Shown here piece by piece: positions 1 to 9,532 of a DNA stretch of 64,000 bases. Each line of letters opens with the position of its first letter. The first letter of the stretch is position 1. Source of the stretch: a virus; the IMG/VR virus record IMGVR_UViG_3300032893_000029, positions 9,636 to 73,635 of that record. One strand, written 5' to 3'. Made by a program: the position numbers and the translations under genes. Below the pieces are notes generated by a model. The model saw only the letters and a program-made list of their open reading frames with translations, was not told the DNA's origin and did not search any database.

Positions 1-363
1 CAATTCGGCGCCGGGATAGGTCTCGATTTCCGAATTGGCGAGAAACTGTTTGAACATCGTCGTGATCCGAGACGACGGACCGCCGAACGGATCGAGTGTC
101 AGCGGCGCCCCCATCATCAAGGCCTCGACGGTGTCGGCCAGCCCGGTCTCGATTTCGGCGACGATTTCGGCCTCGTGCATTTCGAAGAAGACGGCGAAGA
201 CTTCGTAATTCCGCTCCAGCCATTCAGCGACTTCGCCGGTTGTCACCGGATCGGCCGCTTTCTGCACCTTGGCCTTCTTCGATTTCTTCTTCGCCGGCCT
301 TTTCGGCTTCTGACTGTGCGTATACGGCATGTCGATGACACCGAAGCGGAGCTTCAGCTTCAC
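1..363 (-). CDS. Neck/tail-completion virion protein (3' end runs off window)
   Basis: GTG overlapping the DUF4054 stop; reads MKLKLRFGVIDMPY...TTGEVAEWLERNYEVF; follows head-completion gene. Confidence 0.6.
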   Translation of the reverse strand, partial: MKLKLRFGVIDMPYTHSQKPKRPAKKKSKKAKVQKAADPVTTGEVAEWLERNYEVFAVFFEMHEAEIVAEIETGLADTVEALMMGAPLTLDPFGGPSSRITTMFKQFLANSEIETYPGAEL

Positions 364-830
364 GACAGACCCCACAGCGAGCCCTGCCGCTGCGCGAATT
401 GCAGATAGACCCGCCCGAAGGGGTCCTTGAGATATTGCAAATCGGCGAGCGTGAGATCCTTCAATGCCTGCGGTACTTCAAGACCGGCTGATGTGCCTTG
501 ATCGCCGGCGGACTGCACGACGCCGCTGACCGGACCCAGGATGTTGTACTTCTCCCGCATGTACTCGAAATACGGTTTGCCGTTCTTGTACTGCGGCGCA
601 TCCGGCGGGTCCTGTGCGAAGTTCAGAAGGTTCGACCCGGCGAGATTGTAGACCATCAGCACATAGATATCGCAGGAGACTTGGAGAAAGCGCGGGCTGA
701 CGATGTCGACGGCGACATTGAAGGCCCACCCCCAGAACGGTGAGTCCTGGGGGAGGATCGTAAAGCTGATGCCGTTTGTGTTCGCCCACGCCTGAAAGCC
801 GGCGAGCGTTGCCGGATTAGGAGTTGGCAC
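360..830 (-). CDS. Head-tail adaptor, DUF4054-like
   Basis: 156 aa with G.VQSAGDQGTS and DP(F/Y)GR.YL.AQ motifs; position after capsid genes. Confidence 0.7.
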   Translation of the reverse strand: MPTPNPATLAGFQAWANTNGISFTILPQDSPFWGWAFNVAVDIVSPRFLQVSCDIYVLMVYNLAGSNLLNFAQDPPDAPQYKNGKPYFEYMREKYNILGPVSGVVQSAGDQGTSAGLEVPQALKDLTLADLQYLKDPFGRVYLQFAQRQGSLWGLS

Positions 831-1404
831 TTTGCGCCAATTGCTTCTGGCGGCGCTTGCTGATTTCCGGTTTCAGGCCGGTCTTGCCGCGCAGCGACGC
901 GACTTCTTCGGCCGATCGCGTGCTGTCGACATCATAGCCTTCGGCCAGCATCGGCCCGTCTCGATCGACGGTGCCCGTGGTGTCGAGTTGTTCCATCGAC
1001 ACCCTAGTCTCGTCGGCCTGCATGAGATCCTGGGTCGTGATGGCGGCGAGCTCGCGGCGCTTGCGGCCTTCGGCGGTCTTGAGACCGCTGTTGAACCGCA
1101 ACGCCTTGTCGATGGCGTTCTTCGGCACCGGGCGGTCATAGCTGAAGACATAATCGGTATAGCGCACCATCCGATTGACATCGCTGACATCGATCGCGCC
1201 GTAGCGCTTTAGCTGTCTGACGATGGAGTCGGCGACCATCTTATGGGCAAGATCGCCGCCGACTGGTTCCTGTCTTCCCGGCTTGATTTCGACCATGCGG
1301 GGCAGGACGCCCTTCTGGTCGACGGACTCGCCTTGCTTGTCGAAGTCCAGCCGGAAATAGAACTTCTTCGTCTGGCGAGTCGGGTTTGCGACGTACAGTT
1401 TCAT
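817..1404 (-). CDS. Conserved phage protein between capsid and adaptor
   Basis: MKLYVANPT start with GGAG RBS; operon position. Confidence 0.65.
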   Translation of the reverse strand: MKLYVANPTRQTKKFYFRLDFDKQGESVDQKGVLPRMVEIKPGRQEPVGGDLAHKMVADSIVRQLKRYGAIDVSDVNRMVRYTDYVFSYDRPVPKNAIDKALRFNSGLKTAEGRKRRELAAITTQDLMQADETRVSMEQLDTTGTVDRDGPMLAEGYDVDSTRSAEEVASLRGKTGLKPEISKRRQKQLAQSANS

Positions 1405-1449
1405 GTTGAAGTCTCCGTTGCTTCTTGGGGCTAGAAACGCGGGGATCGG

Positions 1450-2475
1450 TTAGTCCGAATAGACCGCCGACAACAGCGTGATTACGGTGGAGCGGACGCC
1501 CCAGCCGGACGTGATGCGCCATTCCTGGAGCATGTCCGTCATGCCGCGAGGCGCCGGCGAGAGGATTTCACGCGGTGCGGCCATGTCGGAATACTGGGTG
1601 ACGCACGTCGGATTGTTGGGGTTGAGCTTCTGGAAGACGTTGGTGTCGATGACGCCCATCGGCTTCGGGTTCTCGACCTTCGGCATGTCGATGATGATCA
1701 GATCGGCGCCGCCCTGGCCCTGACCGATCAGGGTGTCGTCGTAGACCCAGTTCAGCTTGTCCTTATTGGTCATAAGGATGTCGTCGATCGTGCCCTTCGT
1801 CGAAACCGTACCGGCGCCGGGACGCTGGTACTGCACGAGCTCGACGATGTTGTACTCGAACGGCCCGAGAGCGCGCTGAGGACCAAGGATCGTGAACTCG
1901 CGGCCGATTCCCATCTGGAACGTCCGGGTCTTCATCTGCTGGATCTGCTGCGCGATGAAGAACGCGAACTGGCCGTTGTCGTAGGTCACCAGCGTATCGT
2001 TGCCGAAGCTGTCCGGAGGCAGATTGAGCGAGATCGCGCCGGGGGCGTTGATGATGCCCTCGTTAAGCTGAGGGTTCATGCCGTAGAGGCAAGCGTCGCG
2101 GGCGAGAAGATAATGCGCCTGGCGCCCGCCGAGACGGTAGGCTTCCGGAACCGGGAAGCCCCAATTGCTGCCGGCCCTGACGTCGTGGTGATTGTACTGG
2201 GCGGCGACCTGAAGCTGATAGGTCGCCGTCGAGATGTAATCGGCCACGATGTCGACGCCGGGCAGTTCGTTGAACGCGGTCTGTCCCGCCGCGGCCTTCG
2301 TTCTGACGTTCAACGTCTTCATGTAGACGTAGAGGTCATCTTCGGCGAGGCGGACCCGCATCGAGCTTCCCTCGAGCAGATCGATGAAGCCCGACGGCTG
2401 ACTGATCTGCGTCAGCAACTCGGGTTCGATGAACGAGGGATGCGTGATGACAAAAGACGGTGCTTGGATGGTCAT
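1450..2475 (-). CDS. Major capsid protein
   Basis: 341 aa; strong codon bias; position after scaffold and decoration genes; C-terminal R.TSGWGVR motif. Confidence 0.8.
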   Translation of the reverse strand: MTIQAPSFVITHPSFIEPELLTQISQPSGFIDLLEGSSMRVRLAEDDLYVYMKTLNVRTKAAAGQTAFNELPGVDIVADYISTATYQLQVAAQYNHHDVRAGSNWGFPVPEAYRLGGRQAHYLLARDACLYGMNPQLNEGIINAPGAISLNLPPDSFGNDTLVTYDNGQFAFFIAQQIQQMKTRTFQMGIGREFTILGPQRALGPFEYNIVELVQYQRPGAGTVSTKGTIDDILMTNKDKLNWVYDDTLIGQGQGGADLIIIDMPKVENPKPMGVIDTNVFQKLNPNNPTCVTQYSDMAAPREILSPAPRGMTDMLQEWRITSGWGVRSTVITLLSAVYSD

Positions 2476-2490
2476 TGGCTCCTGGCCTCC

Positions 2491-3327
2491 TTAGATCTGG
2501 ATGATGGCGGCCATGCCGTCGTAGTTCCACGTCGCATTGGTACCATCCCAATCGACGACCATGCAGTTCGTCGTGAGGATATCAAGGACGAGGACGTTCA
2601 GCGCGGCATTGCTGACGGTGCCACCAGTGATGGTGAGCGTGAGGCCTGTCGGGCCGGTGAAGTTCAGGGTTTCCCCCGTGGTGCCGGCGGTTGCGGTCTG
2701 TTCGCCGTCGAGTTCGGCGTAAGAATCGGTTCCGGTTACGGCGGAGAGCTCGAAAGTATCGCCGGGCTCGAGACCATGCGCCGCCGCCGTGGTCAACGAG
2801 ACGGCGCCGGTTCCGGACGTGTAAGTGCCGGAAGAGACCGTCGTGTTGCTGTACGGCACAAGCTGCTGGTTGTTGTAGTCCCAGGAGACCTTGCTGTTGA
2901 TCGGCGAGCCCTTCAGCGCGGCGATGCCCGGTGTTGCCTTGACGGCGATCCGCTGGCCGCTGCCGAGTTTGTAGAACTCGACCTGGCCATAGGACGGCGC
3001 CAGCGGCACCGGACTTTGCGGCGTGATGATCTGTGCATACGACCACACCGAGAAGCCGTTGATCAAAGCGACGGATGTCGCGCGCCCGACGGCACCGCCA
3101 AGAGCGGAGCGCGGGTTGGTGACACCGCCCAGCGGGATGTCGACATAGATGCCGACGCCGGCCCACATCGGAAGGGTTTCCGAAGAGGACAGATAGCCGG
3201 AGGCCTTCTGGTAGACCTTTGCCGGTTCGGGATAGACCTGGCCTTGGACCAGTCCATACGAATCGGTGACGAAGGCGCCGCCGGCAACCGTCGTGCCGAG
3301 CGGGTTGAAAGGAACGTTCGCAGTCAT
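2491..3327 (-). CDS. Capsid decoration/cement protein with inserted beta domain
   Basis: Between scaffold and MCP; PMWAGVGI and SWD..NQQL motifs; Thr/Gly-rich insert TTAAAHGLEPGD. Confidence 0.7.
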   Translation of the reverse strand: MTANVPFNPLGTTVAGGAFVTDSYGLVQGQVYPEPAKVYQKASGYLSSSETLPMWAGVGIYVDIPLGGVTNPRSALGGAVGRATSVALINGFSVWSYAQIITPQSPVPLAPSYGQVEFYKLGSGQRIAVKATPGIAALKGSPINSKVSWDYNNQQLVPYSNTTVSSGTYTSGTGAVSLTTAAAHGLEPGDTFELSAVTGTDSYAELDGEQTATAGTTGETLNFTGPTGLTLTITGGTVSNAALNVLVLDILTTNCMVVDWDGTNATWNYDGMAAIIQI

Positions 3328-3329
3328 GG

Positions 3330-5303
3330 TTAGTTACCCCCGCGGCCGAGATTTTTGCCCTTCCAGTCGCCGACGGCACGTTGTCCGACGCCGGCGAATG
3401 GATCCATCCAGGCGCGCGTGTCGCCGAAGAACTCGACGACGGTGTGCCCGTTTTCCGTGCTGCGGACCTCGCGGAGCCGCCCATCGGGATGCCCGCCGGG
3501 ACGGCGTGCATGTGCCTTCGCCGCTTCGTAGACTTTCGTCTCGACTGCGGTGAAGGTCGCTTCGTCAGCGATCGGGAAGTCCGAGACATCGAACAGTTTC
3601 GTGTCCTTCCATTCCTCGCTGTACTGCTTCAGACCAGCGGCGAGCGAGCGCCGATAGTTTGCCAGATCTTCGCCCGGCATCGGCGCTCTGGCCTGAGATC
3701 CATTCGCCAGATAGACGGCGTCGGCCCTGGCCTGCACCTGTGCGAAAGCCGCGCGCTCTTCCGGCGTCCGCGGTTTTGTCCGGTTGTCGATCGCATCGAT
3801 GCGTGTCGCCAGACCGGCGATGGAATCATCGCGGGCGGCTTTGGCCGCTGCATCGGCCGCGGCTTTGGCGGCGTCGTCGCGGGCTTTCTTCGCCGCGTCG
3901 TCACGCTCTTTGCTCTCGCACTCTTCGGCGTCCTTGCGGGCGCGTTTGGCGCGATCGGCGGCCTTTTCCTTCGGTTCGCCTTCCTTCTCGAATTTGGCGG
4001 CGAGCTCGCCTTCTTCGGAATCGTGACGCGACTTGTATTTGTCGTCGTCGTCGTCATCGCGACGCTTCGAGAAATGCTTGGCGTCGTCGCGGGCCTTCGC
4101 GGCGTCGTCACGCGCCTTTTCGGCGTCGTCACGGGCCTTGTCTTTCTGCTCGACGGCGTCCATGCGCGCGTGCAGAGCATCCATGCGGCCAACCACACCG
4201 CCGACGGCATCAGCCACTTTGCTAATGGTGTCGGCGACCTTATCGAGCTTTGCGTCTCTTTCGGCGTCCTTCCGAGCCCGGTCTTCGGCCGCCTTCTTTT
4301 CCTCTTCCGTCATGACAGAGTCTCCACGAGTTTCATTCGGAACGCCTTCTGGATCGCCACCTTTGTCCCAAACGCCTTGCCCGCAGATGGCGATATGATC
4401 GAGCAAAACGGCTTTTCCTTCGACAAGCCAGGTACGGCCTTTGTCGTCATGAAAGCGCTGATCCGGATCGGCCTTGTTGCCGAGCAGCACGCTTGGCGAT
4501 GTCGACCAGACCTCGTCGGGATCGGCAAGCCTGTTGCCGGCGTCGAGATCATGGATCTTGGCGATGCCCCAGACTTCGTCGCCCTTCAGATAGGGCAACA
4601 TGATGGCGCCGATGACGCGCTTTCGATATTCCTTCGTCGTCAATGTCGCGCCGGGCGGATGTTCCCAGATCACCGACAGCCCGTTGCAGCGCGCCAGGAA
4701 CTCATCGTTGAGATAGAGCGTCGGATCGCGCCAGACGAATTCGTTGAACTTCGGACGGAAAGACTGCCCGGTTCCGGTGATCCGGATCGCGAACAGCCAG
4801 ATGTTTTTGTAGCGCTGCGGGCTCGTCAGTTCGCCGGCGGCGATGGCCCTGGCGATGCCGAGCTCGTCCATCGTCATTCTGTCGAGCGCGATCTTGACGC
4901 CGGGATGCAGCGGTTCCGGCGGCTGATCCGCCGGCGCCCAGGCAAAGCCGACATGCTCGGCGTTCAGCTTCGGGACGAAGCCGGCATCCTTTTCGCTGAC
5001 GACATCGACGAATGTCGTGAAGTCGACGGGATCAGGCGCGACCGGCGGCGGAGCATCGTCGATCGTCGGCGGGGGCAGCGGTTGCAGGATCGACCGCGCC
5101 AGAAACAACAACTGTCCTTTGGGCCGGCGCCCAATTTCCTCTTCGCATTCCCGCGCCGCGCATTCTTCCGCGGATTCGCCGTGCTCGATGGCGCCACCGG
5201 GCAGACACCAGAAGCCCGGGAAGTCGCTGGTCTGCGACCGCTTCAGAAAGAGAACCTTGTTGTCCGGCGCCAGGAACAGCACGCCGGCGCCGCGGACTGT
5301 CAA
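3330..5303 (-). CDS. NUDIX hydrolase + DUF2213 prohead protease + scaffold fusion
   Basis: Intact Nudix box GGAIEHGESAEECAARECEEEIG; central EHP, STSPSV, LDHIAIC..GVWDKGG; charged helical C-terminus. Confidence 0.8.
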   Translation of the reverse strand: MTVRGAGVLFLAPDNKVLFLKRSQTSDFPGFWCLPGGAIEHGESAEECAARECEEEIGRRPKGQLLFLARSILQPLPPPTIDDAPPPVAPDPVDFTTFVDVVSEKDAGFVPKLNAEHVGFAWAPADQPPEPLHPGVKIALDRMTMDELGIARAIAAGELTSPQRYKNIWLFAIRITGTGQSFRPKFNEFVWRDPTLYLNDEFLARCNGLSVIWEHPPGATLTTKEYRKRVIGAIMLPYLKGDEVWGIAKIHDLDAGNRLADPDEVWSTSPSVLLGNKADPDQRFHDDKGRTWLVEGKAVLLDHIAICGQGVWDKGGDPEGVPNETRGDSVMTEEEKKAAEDRARKDAERDAKLDKVADTISKVADAVGGVVGRMDALHARMDAVEQKDKARDDAEKARDDAAKARDDAKHFSKRRDDDDDDKYKSRHDSEEGELAAKFEKEGEPKEKAADRAKRARKDAEECESKERDDAAKKARDDAAKAAADAAAKAARDDSIAGLATRIDAIDNRTKPRTPEERAAFAQVQARADAVYLANGSQARAPMPGEDLANYRRSLAAGLKQYSEEWKDTKLFDVSDFPIADEATFTAVETKVYEAAKAHARRPGGHPDGRLREVRSTENGHTVVEFFGDTRAWMDPFAGVGQRAVGDWKGKNLGRGGN

Positions 5304-5575
5304 CGCCGGATTTCCGTCGTCGTGTTGCCGCGCGCCGGGATCGTTCTGTCGCGGAACCGCCGCATGAAATCCGGCCTGACGAACCCTGGTGCCGCCGCAA
5401 CGGCATTGTTCCCGATCAGCGCCGTGTCTGCGATCAGCGTCTGCGCTTCGCCATAATCCCTGCCGTGCCTCCAGCCGGCTTCATAGCTGGTCTTCCATGT
5501 GATCAGCGCGACGGCGGCGCAGAGACAGAGGCAAGTCAGGATTTCGCGGCGATGCTTCACAATCGTTTCGGTCAT
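5300..5575 (-). CDS. Small membrane protein
   Basis: Hydrophobic ILTCLCLCAAVALITW; coupled to neighbours. Confidence 0.5.
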   Translation of the reverse strand: MTETIVKHRREILTCLCLCAAVALITWKTSYEAGWRHGRDYGEAQTLIADTALIGNNAVAAAPGFVRPDFMRRFRDRTIPARGNTTTEIRR

Positions 5576-5576
5576 G

Positions 5577-7871
5577 TCAGGAGCCCTTGCAATCGTAGAC
5601 GCCGGCATCGCTGCCGGTACCGGTCACGGTCGCCGCCGAACCGCTGGTCGGTACCATCTTTACGGGGTTCAGCGCCGTGGTGTCCTGGGCGAAGCAGCTA
5701 TAGGTCGTGTTCGACGCGAACGGCAGGCCGGTGACGCTGACCGTCCCGCTGGAAAGCGTGAATGTCCCCGTGATTTCGTTTTGCACACCCGCCGCGGAAC
5801 CCTGATGAAAGGTGACGGCCGTCGGGTACATCTTGTTCCACTCGACAACCGCGGCACTGGTCAGCGACGGACAGTTGATCGCCGCCGGCGTCGTGCTCGG
5901 CATCGTTATGACGTTTGCGGAGATCGACAGGCCGGCGCCGGTCTCGCTGCCGCACCGGATGCCGCCGGTCGTGTTGGACGCCGCCACCGAGGCATCGATG
6001 ATGTTGCCCTTGATCGCGACGTTCGTGAACGAAGCGGGGCTTCCGACATCGATCGCCTGCCAGACATAGGTCGAGGAATTGTCGTTAAAAATGCTGTTGC
6101 CGGCCAACGATACGTTCGTCAGTGCGATCGAGCTCGCCAGGATTGCGGTGGCGTTCTGGTAGGAACTGTTGTTGTTGGACTGGTCGACGAAGTTGTTGCC
6201 ATTCGCCGTGATATCTGTCCCGCCGCTCAGATAGAGTCCGATCCAGCCGCCATAGACTTCATTGCCGGAGACCGTTACGTGTTCGGCATTCTGGAGGCGA
6301 ATGTCGTCGAGCGCGTCGGTGATGTTGCCCTGCGGATTGACGAACGTATTTCCGATGATCGACGCGACGCCGCCGTAGGTGCTGGCATTTGAAAGCCAGA
6401 GCGCGGCGAGGATGTTCGTGTTTGTCGAGCGATGGGTATTCGACAGATCGACATCGTCAAAAAGATTGCCAGCAACGGTCAGTTGTTGGGCATCGTTCAC
6501 GAGGTTCAGAACGGAATCGTAGAACTCGTTACCCGTTATAACCGTGACCGCGGTGCCTGTGACCTTCGTGACTTCTTTGGCGCTTGTCACATACGGGGTG
6601 TCATGACCGCTCGATTGGACCAGGTTTCCGGTAACGACGGCGTAGCCACCGCCCGCAATGTCGAAGCCCCCCATATCGCAGTGATAAAAAACGTTCCCCG
6701 CGATGACATATTGAGTGTCATACGACGCCGAGACGGTGTTGAAGCAATACCCGGTCGACGTATCGACGATGTTGTTTGAGATCACAGCCCGGGTCGCGCC
6801 GGTCGAGGTCGACATCGCGCCGGTCGCAAAGGTGTGGCCGTATTCCGCGACAGTCGGCAGCGTCGAGCCGGTGAACTGGTAGACCTTGTAGAAGTGGTTT
6901 CCCGACTCCTCGAAATCGACCATCGTGCCGTTGCCGCCGGGCCACGAGCCGTTTCCAGCGATGTTGGTGAAATAATTGTCGGCGACCCTGGCGTAGCTTG
7001 CGTTGTCGATTTCGAGCCCATTCACGCTCGAATTCTGAAAAATGTTGTGGTCGACGACGGCGCGGCCCGTGATGGAATTGATAAAGACCAGATTGCCGTA
7101 GGACCAGTTCTGCGACTGCGCCGAGCGGTTCGAGCTATTGCCGCCGAAGACGCCATTCGTGATCCGGATGTTTCCGGTCAGCGGCGAGCTCGGACCGCTT
7201 CCGAACTGAAGCGGAAGATCGACGCGCTCGATGACGGCGGAACCAGCAGCGGTCGGACCGCCTTGCGCAAAAGATACGCCATATTTGAGCGTCAGCGTGT
7301 CGCTGGTGCAGGGCGCGCCAGCGACGGACGTGCCGCACGCCGAAATTATGTCGGGATAGGTGTAATCATTGTTGGCATAGCTGGCATCGCGGATGAAGAC
7401 GTTGTCGCCGACACAGAACAGCGTATGGCCGCCACTGACCAGATTGACCGTCGTATCGCCGGAATGGACGATACCGGTCGAACCGGAGGCCGTTGTCGTC
7501 GTCGCGACGGAGCCGGTCAACTTCAGTGTGCTTCCCCTGAGATCCAGAAGCGCCGGCAGAACTGTCGTGCTGCCCGGAATGCCGACACCGCAACCGCCGA
7601 TCGTGTAGGTCTGGTTTGCCGGGAAAAACACCGCGCCAGCGTTCCCAGCCGCGATGACGGCGTTGTCGATATTGGTGACGTCCGTCACGCCGCTGCCAGT
7701 CGACATCTGGACGTAAACGATATTGGCGTTCCAGACCGGGCCGTTGTAATCGGCCATCATCACTGAAGCGGCGACGATCGCGGAAGCCAGCACGCCGGCG
7801 GAGCGCCAGGCGCCGAGGCCTTTGGTCAGTGCATCGAGCGAGCGACGGCCGAATTCGAGGATCTGTCTCAC
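5577..7871 (-). CDS. Right-handed beta-helix (pectate-lyase-like) spike/fibre protein
   Basis: DVTNIDNAVIA..GAVFFPA N-terminal motif; many I.GN.F repeats; small C-terminal beta domain. Confidence 0.8.
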   Translation of the reverse strand: MRQILEFGRRSLDALTKGLGAWRSAGVLASAIVAASVMMADYNGPVWNANIVYVQMSTGSGVTDVTNIDNAVIAAGNAGAVFFPANQTYTIGGCGVGIPGSTTVLPALLDLRGSTLKLTGSVATTTTASGSTGIVHSGDTTVNLVSGGHTLFCVGDNVFIRDASYANNDYTYPDIISACGTSVAGAPCTSDTLTLKYGVSFAQGGPTAAGSAVIERVDLPLQFGSGPSSPLTGNIRITNGVFGGNSSNRSAQSQNWSYGNLVFINSITGRAVVDHNIFQNSSVNGLEIDNASYARVADNYFTNIAGNGSWPGGNGTMVDFEESGNHFYKVYQFTGSTLPTVAEYGHTFATGAMSTSTGATRAVISNNIVDTSTGYCFNTVSASYDTQYVIAGNVFYHCDMGGFDIAGGGYAVVTGNLVQSSGHDTPYVTSAKEVTKVTGTAVTVITGNEFYDSVLNLVNDAQQLTVAGNLFDDVDLSNTHRSTNTNILAALWLSNASTYGGVASIIGNTFVNPQGNITDALDDIRLQNAEHVTVSGNEVYGGWIGLYLSGGTDITANGNNFVDQSNNNSSYQNATAILASSIALTNVSLAGNSIFNDNSSTYVWQAIDVGSPASFTNVAIKGNIIDASVAASNTTGGIRCGSETGAGLSISANVITMPSTTPAAINCPSLTSAAVVEWNKMYPTAVTFHQGSAAGVQNEITGTFTLSSGTVSVTGLPFASNTTYSCFAQDTTALNPVKMVPTSGSAATVTGTGSDAGVYDCKGS

Positions 7872-7872
7872 G

Positions 7873-8343
7873 TTATTTTGCTCCTACGGCGCCGGGTGTG
7901 CTGCTCGAGCTCGCAATCGCGGAGATCGCATCGGACGGGACATAGCTGCCTTCCCAGGACCGGTGCCAAAGCGGCGGGATCGTGATTTCGCCGGCGGCGC
8001 AGGCACTGCCGGTAATGGTCGCCGTTGAGCCGACGGAAATGCAGATCGTCGCCGTCGGACTGTCGTTGACGATGTCGCAAAAGACCTTGCAGGCCCCGGC
8101 CGTGATGATGGTCGAGGCCGTCGTTCCGATCGTCACCGCGGAATAGGCACCCGATGAATTCGTCGGCAAGAAGGTCCCGCCACCGCCGCTCATATTGACC
8201 TTGAGCGAGCCGTCGGAATTGACCGTCGCGGATTTCAGTGTCGACGGGTCCTGGATCTGGACCGGCGATCCGGCGACCTGCGCATCGGCGAACGAGGGCG
8301 CGAGCAGGCACGCCGCAAGTGCGGCGAGAAAAAGTCTTTTCAT
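7873..8343 (-). CDS. Secreted beta-rich virion-like protein
   Basis: Sec signal MKRLFLAALAACLLAPSFADA-Q; Ser/Thr/Gly-rich body. Confidence 0.7.
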   Translation of the reverse strand: MKRLFLAALAACLLAPSFADAQVAGSPVQIQDPSTLKSATVNSDGSLKVNMSGGGGTFLPTNSSGAYSAVTIGTTASTIITAGACKVFCDIVNDSPTATICISVGSTATITGSACAAGEITIPPLWHRSWEGSYVPSDAISAIASSSSTPGAVGAK

Positions 8344-8354
8344 GTCATGCTCCC

Positions 8355-8726
8355 TCAGTGTGGGCCGGCGAGAAGGACGCAGTTCGAAATGTTCGCCGCG
8401 ACCCCTCCGGTATTTTCGAAGGTGACTATGAAGGTCTGGTACGGCGCGCCGTCCGTCACCGACAGCGATGCCGGCTCATTGGCGACGACGTTCAGCGGAA
8501 TCGCCGGGCCGACCGGTGCCAGCCCAGCGGTGTCGCCGTAACGCTGGATCGATGCGGTGCCATTCTGATCGCTCGTGATGCAGAACGTCAGATTCGGGTT
8601 CAGCGTGCGATTGCGGAGCAACCCGCTGTTCCAGGTCGCGCCCGCGGCGAGTGTTGTTGGGAACGGCGTCGGCGGTGTCAGCGGGTACGTGATGTTGCGC
8701 ACACCGACGGAAGTGTTTTGCGGCAT
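8355..8726 (-). CDS. Beta-sandwich virion protein, paralog of 56650-57015
   Basis: Shares IQRY.D.A..P.G.AI and ENTGGV.A..S...LL with 56650-57015. Confidence 0.65.
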   Translation of the reverse strand: MPQNTSVGVRNITYPLTPPTPFPTTLAAGATWNSGLLRNRTLNPNLTFCITSDQNGTASIQRYGDTAGLAPVGPAIPLNVVANEPASLSVTDGAPYQTFIVTFENTGGVAANISNCVLLAGPH

Positions 8727-8729
8727 CGG

Positions 8730-9029
8730 CTATCCCTTCGTTATTTCGAGCATGACCGCATCGAGGCGACGATGCGCGGAGTCCAGCCTGGCAAAACTAT
8801 CTTCGCGGTGTTCGGTCTCCCGCTCTTCTTCCGAGAAAAACTTGTCCAGGAGACCCCGAAGCTCCTTCCAGTCCCCGTCGCTCATGTCGTCGCGCACGGG
8901 TTCCGAATCGTCGACACCAGTGATCAGCCCCTTGTTTCTCGATGCATAGAAGACCCGCTCGCCTTTTTCGGCGCCGTATTTCTTCTGCATCGCGGCCATG
9001 ATCGTTTCGCCTTTGGCCGTCAGAGGCAT
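8730..9029 (-). CDS. Small head-associated protein
   Basis: MPLTAKG..IM..M.KKYG.EKGERVFYAS.NKG motif; acidic tail. Confidence 0.65.
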   Translation of the reverse strand: MPLTAKGETIMAAMQKKYGAEKGERVFYASRNKGLITGVDDSEPVRDDMSDGDWKELRGLLDKFFSEEERETEHREDSFARLDSAHRRLDAVMLEITKG

Positions 9030-9532
9030 CAAATCGTCTCCATCAATTTCAGCAGCGATTCGACTTCTGCCTGAATGCCGTCAAGTCGGCTGTCGAGATC
9101 GTCCGCCGGCGGCGCGCCGGCGGTGTCTGGCCGGCGGGCAACGAGCTCGCAGAAATCGATCATGTTGGACTCCAACAGGATCGTAGAACTGTAGTGCTCT
9201 TTCCCCGGGTTGCCGGCGTTCGGATCGAACACCTTGGTTGCGCCGGCGCGGCCGTCGAGAAGGATCGCGTGTTCGCCGCCCTTGTCGTTCAGCGATATGA
9301 CGCCGAGCACGTAAAGCCCGGATGTCAGCGGCTCGCCTCTATCGCCAATCCGAAGCCAGATTCCGCGTTCGGCGAGCCAGGGCCCGAATTGCTCCGGCTC
9401 GAAATCCTGCTCGAGATTGATCCCGAGCTCTTCGACAGGAATGCCGAGTGCCATCGCGAAGCATGTCGCGAGACAGCACCGGTCTGTCGGCTGGCGCTGA
9501 TGGACGATCGGATCGGCGAGGCGAAGGATCAT
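9029..9532 (-). CDS. Papain-fold (C39-like) cysteine peptidase
   Basis: Q-x4-C (QPTDRCCLATCFAMALG), HAILL, VFDPN in C39 order. Confidence 0.6.
   Translation of the reverse strand: MILRLADPIVHQRQPTDRCCLATCFAMALGIPVEELGINLEQDFEPEQFGPWLAERGIWLRIGDRGEPLTSGLYVLGVISLNDKGGEHAILLDGRAGATKVFDPNAGNPGKEHYSSTILLESNMIDFCELVARRPDTAGAPPADDLDSRLDGIQAEVESLLKLMETI

Noticed and set aside
3840-4140. Tandem GCGTCGTC(G/A)CG repeats as CRISPR or DGR repeats
   Set aside because: They encode the RDDA repeats of the scaffold; no spacers, cas or reverse transcriptase genes
3381-5456. Long plus-strand ORFs opposite structural genes (also 2113-3333, 13331-14872) and long minus-strand ORFs opposite middle genes (e.g. 39575-40897)
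   Set aside because: Antisense shadows of GC-rich genes; no motifs or RBS
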